Origin: a virus
Taxonomy: Duplodnaviria > Caudoviricetes
Virus record (IMG/VR): IMGVR_UViG_3300012943_000004
Location: 1-64,000 of that record
Direction: 5' to 3' (one strand)
DNA length: 64,000 nucleotides
Shown: one piece after another, positions 54,328-61,194 of the stretch
Layout: each line of letters starts with the position of its first letter
How positions within the stretch are numbered: position 1 is the stretch's first letter
Notes under the pieces: generated by a model
The model's input: the letters and a program-made list of their open reading frames with translations, nothing else
What the model was told of the DNA's origin: nothing
The model's database searches: none
Translations under genes and position numbers: made by a program

Positions 54328-54580
54328 AAGCCGCCAGCATGGCAGGCAGTGTTATATTGCCTCCTAGCTCCACTGTCTGCCGTGCCGGATTCTTCAAGAT
54401 GTTGAATCCCAAGTCGTGATATCGGGACCGATAAGTGATACCTAATCACCTCGGTTTTTATGCTTGCTCTACGCCAAGTGTGGGAGTAGAGTTGGCGATA
54501 GCACGACAACAGCACAACCCATCCAGGGGTGAATCGTCCGATTCACCCGAAGCGGCTCAATCCCTCTCAAGGAGTACCAA

Positions 54581-55531
54581 ATGTCTCGCCGCAACCCGCA
54601 GAACCCCGACCAGTCCGCCGAGTCCACCGAGACCGACGCGCAGGTCGACCAGTCCGCCTCGACCGAGGACTCCACGCAGGAGTCGACGACCGAGACCCCA
54701 ACCGAAGAGACGAAGGCCGCTGCGCCCGACACCTCTTCCTTCAAGTCGGCGCTCGACGCTGCGGTCGCCACCGCAGACCCGGCTGACGGTTCCGTCAGCG
54801 ACGAGAACCTGAAGCCGGTTCTCGAGGCCTTCGGAAAGCTCGACGGCCAGAAGGCACGCAACGCCGCCAAGCGACTGATCGAGGACGGCGTGACCGCCGA
54901 GGTCAGTAACGGGAACCTCATCGGAGCTCGTTCGTACATCGCAGTCCGCAACGCCGTCTCGTCCGCAACCGTCACCTCCGCGCCGAAGCCGCCCGCTGAC
55001 CCGACTGCTGCCTACGTGCAGCGTCAGACCGCGGTTCGTCTCGCCGTCGCCGTCCTGGGTCTCAAGGTGCCCGAGGGTGTCTCCGACGAGTGGGCCGACA
55101 AGGTGAAGGCCGCTGTCGAGACCGACAAGCCCCAGCTGGAGGCGTACGCCGCCTGGCTCGCCACTGGCGAGTCGGAGGGCGAGCCCGAGGTCAGCCGTTC
55201 GGTCAAGGCTGCCTTCAAGATCGCCTCCGGAAAGGGCATGGGCGGTGGAGGCGGCAAGAAGTCCGGCGACGTCTACAGCGGCCCGCGCCGAGACGTCGGA
55301 ACTCACATCGGTCAGGTCTTCGCCAAGCTCGAGGTCGGTTCGTTCCTGACCGTGAACGAGATCGCCAAGGCTGCGTCCGAGGAGTACGGCAACGAGCGGC
55401 CCTCGTCCGGCGCGATCAGCGCTCGCCTCTTCCCGAAGCCCGGAAAGAACGGCGACCGCAAGCCCAACCTGCCCAGCGGCATCGAGTCGGACGCCACTGG
55501 TGCATCGCGAGGCGCCCGCAAGGTCGCCTAA
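54581..55531 (+). CDS. hypothetical protein, paralog of 47501-48259, C-terminal wHTH-like; probably highly expressed
   Basis: AAGGAG RBS; extreme GC3 codon bias; PSSGAISARL. Confidence 0.85.
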   Translation: MSRRNPQNPDQSAESTETDAQVDQSASTEDSTQESTTETPTEETKAAAPDTSSFKSALDAAVATADPADGSVSDENLKPVLEAFGKLDGQKARNAAKRLIEDGVTAEVSNGNLIGARSYIAVRNAVSSATVTSAPKPPADPTAAYVQRQTAVRLAVAVLGLKVPEGVSDEWADKVKAAVETDKPQLEAYAAWLATGESEGEPEVSRSVKAAFKIASGKGMGGGGGKKSGDVYSGPRRDVGTHIGQVFAKLEVGSFLTVNEIAKAASEEYGNERPSSGAISARLFPKPGKNGDRKPNLPSGIESDATGASRGARKVA

Positions 55532-55545
55532 CCGAAAACGTCAAG

Positions 55546-55588
55546 AGGCGGTCTGTTGAAGCTGGGGAAGCTAAACAGACCGCCTTTT
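55546..55588 (+). terminator. intrinsic terminator
   Basis: AGGCGGTCTGTT / AACAGACCGCCT 12-bp stem plus TTTT. Confidence 0.8.
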
Positions 55589-55767
55589 GGCACTTCGGTC
55601 CAAAATCGTACTGCGCGCCAGGCTTTTGCTCGACTGTCCAATCGCTCTCGGTCAAGCAAACACCCGAGCCTGGCGCGCAGTACCCTCCAGACCTGACTGA
55701 TCTAGTCAGACTGGTTCATATGGCTGTATCTGATGAAGTCCTTCAGCTGGATACTAATCAGGTGCAG

Positions 55768-55810
55768 CTTTCTGAACCAGGAATTAAAGATTCTGGTTCA
55801 GAAAGAAAAG
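55768..55810 (-). terminator. terminator-like hairpin with U-tract on the - strand
   Basis: CTTTCTGAACCAG (55768-55780) / CTGGTTCAGAAAG (55793-55805) followed by an A-run on +. Confidence 0.55.
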
Positions 55811-55958
55811 AGCTGGGTCGACTATCCGGTAACGAGACAGAAAAAAATAATCAAGACGGGTTAACAAGGTTTAGATGGAACTCATAATTCCCTGATCCTG
55901 TCTGTCTGACCTAGCTCCCATTACTCGATTCAATCCTCCGAAAGGAGAGTAAAGCATC

Positions 55959-56795
55959 ATGGCTATCAAGTGCGGTAACTGTACGCAGTATCACGACACC
56001 ATTCAAGATGTCCGAAAGTGCTGCGTTGGCGCAAAGTCTGTTTTGTCTACCGACCAGACAGTCGTCCTCGTACGCCCGGAGCCTCCTGTCGCTCCGTACG
56101 TGCCTGAGTTCCAGATCTATCCAGGCCGACACAAGAGGTACACCTTCAACCGACCCCAAGGGCCTCCGAGTCAGCGTCAGTTGTCCTGGTACGAGGATCT
56201 CGGCGGCGACCCCGAGTGGGCGGCGACAGAGTTGTCCTGCCAGGAGCTGGCCGACCGGATCACTGACCGATTGAACCGCAGGGACGCTGGCGTGGACATG
56301 GCTGGCGATGCCGTCGTGACCACCACAAGCGCGCCTGTAGTGTTCGGTGACCGAACGCGCAACACGACTAAAGTGCCCCTGGTGATGCTCCGGGAGATCC
56401 CTGATGGGTACTACGCAGCACAGATGGATACGACGCAGCCTTGGCAGTTTCTGCGCGTAAGTCGGCCAAAGAAGAATAAACTGGCGGGCTGCATCAAGAT
56501 CCAGTCGCAGCACAGCGATGTTCTCAAGAACATCATGCTGGTCTACCCTGACGACTCGCTCGCGGTGTTCGACAGGTCGTACGAAGATGCGATCCTTCTG
56601 TCGGCACTCGACCCGGTGACTGCGCATATCGCCTATGGTCGAAAGATGGGCTACTGCTGCTGCTGCGGCAAGCAGCTCACTGACCCGCGCTCTCGCTACT
56701 ATGGTATCGGACCAGACTGCGAGAAGCGCAACGAACTCATCATCATTCGCACCAACGAGACAGACGGGCCTTACGTCCCTGGTGACGATGAGTAA
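55959..56795 (+). CDS. DUF6011-like protein
   Basis: C-terminal CCCCGKQLTDPRSRYYGIGPDC; N-terminal CGNC...H; AGGAG RBS. Confidence 0.8.
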   Translation: MAIKCGNCTQYHDTIQDVRKCCVGAKSVLSTDQTVVLVRPEPPVAPYVPEFQIYPGRHKRYTFNRPQGPPSQRQLSWYEDLGGDPEWAATELSCQELADRITDRLNRRDAGVDMAGDAVVTTTSAPVVFGDRTRNTTKVPLVMLREIPDGYYAAQMDTTQPWQFLRVSRPKKNKLAGCIKIQSQHSDVLKNIMLVYPDDSLAVFDRSYEDAILLSALDPVTAHIAYGRKMGYCCCCGKQLTDPRSRYYGIGPDCEKRNELIIIRTNETDGPYVPGDDE

Positions 56796-57261
56796 GAGGC
56801 AGATGTCGAAGGCTACCTTCGTTACGTTGGCCTCTTTCGTTGTCGCCGGAGGCGGCTTCGTTCTCGGAGTGACCGCTGCAACCTTGAGTGTTACCCCAGA
56901 GGTCGATGTCGTCAAGAGTCCAACGACAGTCGTCGTGACAAAAGAAGTCCCGGTCGCTACGACAAAGACTGTGACCAATCACGATGTTCCACAGTCATGC
57001 TTGAACTTGATTGCCGAGTCCGAGCAGGCCGTTAGGTCGGCACAAAGTCTTGGAGAATCGGGAGACGCTCAAATCCTGATCCTCGAGGAAGTTCGAGTTG
57101 CAATCGGGTCTGGCAAGATCAACTCGGTTGAGTTCAACACCGAACTTCAGGATAAACAGAACGCCCTTAATAACAAGACACTTCACTCTGTGCAAAACCT
57201 GTCTGAGTTTCAGGCATCGTTCGACGAGCTTAAAGCTTTGTGCGAACAAGATCTGGACTAG
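56788..57261 (+). CDS. membrane-anchored / secreted protein
   Basis: ATG at 56788; N-terminal hydrophobic helix, Thr/Val-rich stalk, helical C-terminus. Confidence 0.7.
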   Translation: MSKRQMSKATFVTLASFVVAGGGFVLGVTAATLSVTPEVDVVKSPTTVVVTKEVPVATTKTVTNHDVPQSCLNLIAESEQAVRSAQSLGESGDAQILILEEVRVAIGSGKINSVEFNTELQDKQNALNNKTLHSVQNLSEFQASFDELKALCEQDLD

Positions 57262-57329
57262 ACAGCCTCAAAGAAATGAGGTAGTATTGAGCATGACCAA
57301 TAACTCCAGAGCGCCGCCGAATGGTGAGC

Positions 57330-57650
57330 CTTAAAGGTACTAATTGTGTAGTATATTATTGGGTTAGGTAAGGCCGCAATCTCGTGAGCGCCTCTGCAAC
57401 AAGCGCGAAAGGTCCTCGGGTTAGTACCGTGGGATAGAGTCTTCTGCGAAATAGGAAGACAAGATGCAATTACATAAAGGACTTCCGGTGAAGCCTGATT
57501 GAGGCTTACGTGGAGGAAGCGCCTGTTGTTCGCCTTTCTGTCAAATTGAAACGAGAATTGTGGATCGAGCTCCTATAAGTCGTGGTGAATATAGATCCTG
57601 CGCACTGGAGCTCGGTTCAGAAATCTCGTAGCAAACTCGATTAACAAACT
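57330..57650 (+). ncRNA. candidate structured non-coding RNA / long leader
   Basis: No credible ORF; several local and long-range helices (see findings). Confidence 0.4.
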
Positions 57651-57665
57651 CTCAAAGGAGAAGTA

Positions 57666-58256
57666 ATGAAGATCACCGACGCTTGGGTCTATGACCCTCT
57701 GGATGAAGGAAAGGTTGCGCGTCCTCTTCTGGAGCTTGAACTCGATTCAATTCCAGAAGAGAAGGAATCGATCAAGATCGAGAATCATGGAACCTGGAAA
57801 TACACCAGGTTTGGCTTTCTCGTGAAGATCGACCGCATGCCTGAAGCCTCAAACCCCGAGTATGCAATTGGAGCTTGGAATCGATTCAGGCATTCTTCTG
57901 CAAACATTTTCCCGATGGTTCTAGCCAGAGCGTACTATGACCATGACTTCGAGATGTTGCTCGGAATGTCGCTAGGCAGAGCTCGGGGCGTCCTTCGGAA
58001 GAGCGACCCGGAGTGGAAGTATTCACTTTCGGACAAGGACGCTCAGCACGGCAGAATCTATTGGGATCTCATCCAACGAGAGCCGATCTGCAAGTTCTGG
58101 ATCAAGAACATCGGTGACGACGGCGACATCTGCGCCGTTCCGTCTGCTGGCCGAATCACAGAGGATCTGACCGAGATCACTCTCTGCAAGAAGCACCTCG
58201 AAAAGCACAATTCAGATCAGGCGAAGCGGCGAATCGCTTCGGAATCCTCCAAGTAA
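57666..58256 (+). CDS. hypothetical protein with C-terminal Cys/His motif
   Basis: AAGGAG RBS; C...C...CKKH. Confidence 0.75.
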   Translation: MKITDAWVYDPLDEGKVARPLLELELDSIPEEKESIKIENHGTWKYTRFGFLVKIDRMPEASNPEYAIGAWNRFRHSSANIFPMVLARAYYDHDFEMLLGMSLGRARGVLRKSDPEWKYSLSDKDAQHGRIYWDLIQREPICKFWIKNIGDDGDICAVPSAGRITEDLTEITLCKKHLEKHNSDQAKRRIASESSK

Positions 58257-58267
58257 GGAGAGTAACA

Positions 58268-59854
58268 ATGCCGTTCCAAAAGGCGCCATCGTGCGCTGAT
58301 TGTCCGTCCTGTCTGACCGCGGGAGACGCAAGTAGCTTCTTTCGCAAGGGTATTGGCGTATCTGCCTGCGCAAGGTTCGGTACACCAATGGCAAGGCCGG
58401 ACTCGAGTCCCGACGAGATCGCAGCTCGTCAGCGCCACTTCGCTTCCAAGTGCCCCAAGTTCGGAGAGCCGAAGCCTCAGATCCCCAACTTCGAGACCGT
58501 CAAGATGGAAGTTCTTCTCGGTATGCCGCAAGTCGGAAGCGGTGAAGGCTACGCGCCGGAACTCGTCTCGTCATGCAAGGCGTGCGTCCACTACCTCAAT
58601 GAGGACAAGGTTGCAAACGAGTGGGGCTGGAGCGTTCCTATCTGCGCCGCAAAGGGAACGCTGCTTCTCGGCAATCGATTGACCGTGGAGTCGAAAGACT
58701 GCGAATACAAGTCTTTCGCCGGCATATCCCTCGGTAACGGCACCCCCAACGGTGACGGCTTTTCTACAGGCTGGTACAAGTCGCTCCAGTTCCTTCCGGA
58801 GTATGCGCCTGGATTTACAGGATCGGTTGCGACAGCGTTCGTTCAGGTTCAGCAAGAGCTGATCGAGCCGTCGACTTACGAGACCGACGCTCCAGTCAGC
58901 GCAGACGATGCAGCCAGCGGGATTCGTGCCTGGCGCAAGATCGTGTCGCAGGAGGATGAAGTCTTCTCGGTGATGATCCCGGTCTACGAGCGGAGCTTCT
59001 TTACTCCCTTGGAGCAGCGAAAGATCCCGAACACTGGCGACTCTGAGCACCCTGAGCACTATGTCGACCACTTCGACGGAGTATATACAGCCTCCTTCTG
59101 CTGGCAGGTGACCGACCAGACTCCAGCTTTTTGGGGTCAGCCCGGAACCGGAAAGACCGAGTTTCTGCGCCATATGGCATGGCTCATGCAGATTCCGTAC
59201 GAGCGCTTCAGTATCACAGCCTCGTCGGAGCTCGAGGATCTCGCCGGAAAGATCATGGTTAACCCGACTGACGGAACATACTTCCAGTACGGGCGGTTCG
59301 TCAAAGCCTGGCAGCGTCCCTGCGTGCTCGTCGTGGACGAACCGAACACTGGCCAGAATGACGTCTGGCAGTTCTTCCGTCCACTGACCGACGACTCCAA
59401 GCAACTCATTCTCGACATGAACGACGGCGAGACGCTGGATAGGACCGACGGAACCTTCCTGGCCTTCTGTATGAACCCAGCCTGGGACGTCAAGAACGTT
59501 GGAGCGAATCCGATCTCGGACGCCGACGTGAACAGGCTCATGCACAACGAGATCCCTCTGCCTGACGAATCGGTGGAGATGGAGATCATCAAGCAGGCCT
59601 GCGAAGATGGCGGATTCGAGCTCCGTCAAGACCAGCTCGAGACGATCATGGCGATCGGCACAGAGATCCGCGGACTGTGTGACAACGGCACTCTCCCAAT
59701 CACCTGGGCGATCCGACCACAGATCAAAGTGGCCCGCGCACTGCAGGGCTTCAAGCCTCTCAAGGCATATAGTCTGGCGGTTGCAGATTTTCTGGAGCCG
59801 TCCGTTCGTGAGCAGATTCTCGACGTAGTGAACGCTCACGTGTCCGAAGGATAG
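58268..59854 (+). CDS. MoxR/CbbQ/CobS-family AAA+ ATPase with Cys-rich N-terminal domain
   Basis: GQPGTGKT, RFS.T, LVVDEPN, FCMNP, DVNRL; N-terminal CADCPSC and CKACVHY modules. Confidence 0.88.
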   Translation: MPFQKAPSCADCPSCLTAGDASSFFRKGIGVSACARFGTPMARPDSSPDEIAARQRHFASKCPKFGEPKPQIPNFETVKMEVLLGMPQVGSGEGYAPELVSSCKACVHYLNEDKVANEWGWSVPICAAKGTLLLGNRLTVESKDCEYKSFAGISLGNGTPNGDGFSTGWYKSLQFLPEYAPGFTGSVATAFVQVQQELIEPSTYETDAPVSADDAASGIRAWRKIVSQEDEVFSVMIPVYERSFFTPLEQRKIPNTGDSEHPEHYVDHFDGVYTASFCWQVTDQTPAFWGQPGTGKTEFLRHMAWLMQIPYERFSITASSELEDLAGKIMVNPTDGTYFQYGRFVKAWQRPCVLVVDEPNTGQNDVWQFFRPLTDDSKQLILDMNDGETLDRTDGTFLAFCMNPAWDVKNVGANPISDADVNRLMHNEIPLPDESVEMEIIKQACEDGGFELRQDQLETIMAIGTEIRGLCDNGTLPITWAIRPQIKVARALQGFKPLKAYSLAVADFLEPSVREQILDVVNAHVSEG

Positions 59855-59858
59855 AAAG

Positions 59859-60161
59859 ATGAAGCTCTTCCCCTTATTGGCAGCTGTGGCATGTATTGCT
59901 TCAGTGCCAGCCTGTCACTCCGATTCGCCTCCCCCTGTTGTGCTGTCGCAGAGGGCAATCATACAGATCGCAAAAGCTCATGAAGTCAAGATCTGCATGA
60001 TCGTGGGACACAGCGCTGATCCAGTCAGCGAGTCCGAGGCCTTAGTCAAAGGCGCGATGCCTGGAATCAGTGACCATGACACTGGAGTCGTCATTGGCTG
60101 GGCAGTCAGCGACCGCTGTCCGCTCTACATTCTCAAGCTCGCCTCTCAGTTAGGAGAGTAG
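59859..60161 (+). CDS. lipoprotein, DUF732-like
   Basis: Signal peptide ending VPAC; ..ICM....S.....V......GVVIGWAVSDRCP. Confidence 0.65.
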   Translation: MKLFPLLAAVACIASVPACHSDSPPPVVLSQRAIIQIAKAHEVKICMIVGHSADPVSESEALVKGAMPGISDHDTGVVIGWAVSDRCPLYILKLASQLGE

Positions 60162-60162
60162 T

Positions 60163-60612
60163 ATGCCCGATGCTCTGCCCCAGGATACCGAATCTTTTTG
60201 GGCAGGCGAGGACGCAAGTCTCTATCGGTTCGGCTGGGACGTTATGCCTTACGCCGTTGCGAGTCGCTTCTTCGCTAAGGTCGAAAAGAATGTAGACCTC
60301 GGCTGGATTGACCCTTCCACCCAGGAATTGTCTCCTTGCTGGATATGGACCGCTGGCACGCACGATAAAGGCTACGGTCGCTTCTGGCTAGGAATGATCG
60401 ACGGCAAGAGGGTATGGGCATATTCTCACCGTATCTCGTGGGAGCACTTCAATGGCCAGCGCGTCCCGAAGGGCTGCATTGTCGACCACAAGTGCAATCA
60501 CAAGCTTTGCTGCAATCCCGAGCACCTGGAGCCGATCACAAACCTCGAGAACATCGAGCGCGCTCGAAAGCGCAGGCCGTGGAAAACTCGCAACCAGTAC
60601 AGCAAGGAGTAA
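60163..60612 (+). CDS. free-standing HNH endonuclease (HNH_3-type)
   Basis: CWIWTAG..KGYGRF ... SHRISW ... VDHKCNHKLCCNPEHL...TNLEN. Confidence 0.9.
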   Translation: MPDALPQDTESFWAGEDASLYRFGWDVMPYAVASRFFAKVEKNVDLGWIDPSTQELSPCWIWTAGTHDKGYGRFWLGMIDGKRVWAYSHRISWEHFNGQRVPKGCIVDHKCNHKLCCNPEHLEPITNLENIERARKRRPWKTRNQYSKE

Positions 60613-60614
60613 CA

Positions 60615-60842
60615 ATGCCGATCGTAGAGAACGTGACTCAAGTCACGAGATATACATGCGATAATCCAGACTGCGAAAAAGAGGTTCTGACAGACACTCC
60701 AGAGGACATCATCGGATGGTATTTCGGAAGTGTAATCCATCATCACTTAACAGGTGGCGATGGGGGAGATTGGGTCGCCTGTTCAAAGAAGTGCATCCAG
60801 AAAGCCGTGCTTGAAGTTATCTTTAGGAAGGATTACGAATGA
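60615..60842 (+). CDS. small Cys-containing protein
   Basis: AAGGAG RBS; CDNPDC ... CSKKC. Confidence 0.7.
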   Translation: MPIVENVTQVTRYTCDNPDCEKEVLTDTPEDIIGWYFGSVIHHHLTGGDGGDWVACSKKCIQKAVLEVIFRKDYE

Positions 60843-61159
60843 CAGACCAAATCACGACTATGCAGATCATTCTTGACGAAGAGAGTGCGCTCAATGAGTT
60901 TCAGCGAAACTCGTTCATTCGTACCTTCAGGTCTGAGCTCTCCGTAGTTAACGGGATGCTTGACCTTCGAAGTCGTGGCACGTCGATTTCCAAGGCTAAG
61001 ATCAAGCTTCGCTGGGAGCGCCTGTTGGGGATCGTTGGAATCTACATGATTCTCGATGCACAGGCTCTTCACGCAGGCGCTGGCGCCCTAGCGAAGCTTC
61101 CGACCCAAGAGCTTCAGGATCTGTTCGCTTCGGTCAGTGCCAGGATGCGCGACCTCTAA
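60839..61159 (+). CDS. hypothetical protein
   Basis: ATGA coupling; 106 aa. Confidence 0.7.
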   Translation: MTDQITTMQIILDEESALNEFQRNSFIRTFRSELSVVNGMLDLRSRGTSISKAKIKLRWERLLGIVGIYMILDAQALHAGAGALAKLPTQELQDLFASVSARMRDL

Positions 61160-61194
61160 GTAAGTTCGCTAACTCTCCCCAAGGAGAAGTATTC

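Noticed and set aside
54469-55306. Long - strand ORFs opposite the 54581 gene (similarly 31940-32602, 55911-56978, 58571-59839, 62084-62857)
   Set aside because: Typical antisense ORFs produced by strong GC3 bias of the real gene; no RBS or recognisable motifs
55728-55760. CTGATGA as a hammerhead ribozyme core
   Set aside because: No stem II followed by GAAA, and no suitable stem I/III pairing
57580-57630. Group I intron-like words (GAATATAGATCC, GTTCAGAAA)
   Set aside because: S-like precedes R-like (wrong order), matches are loose, and no interrupted gene flanks the region
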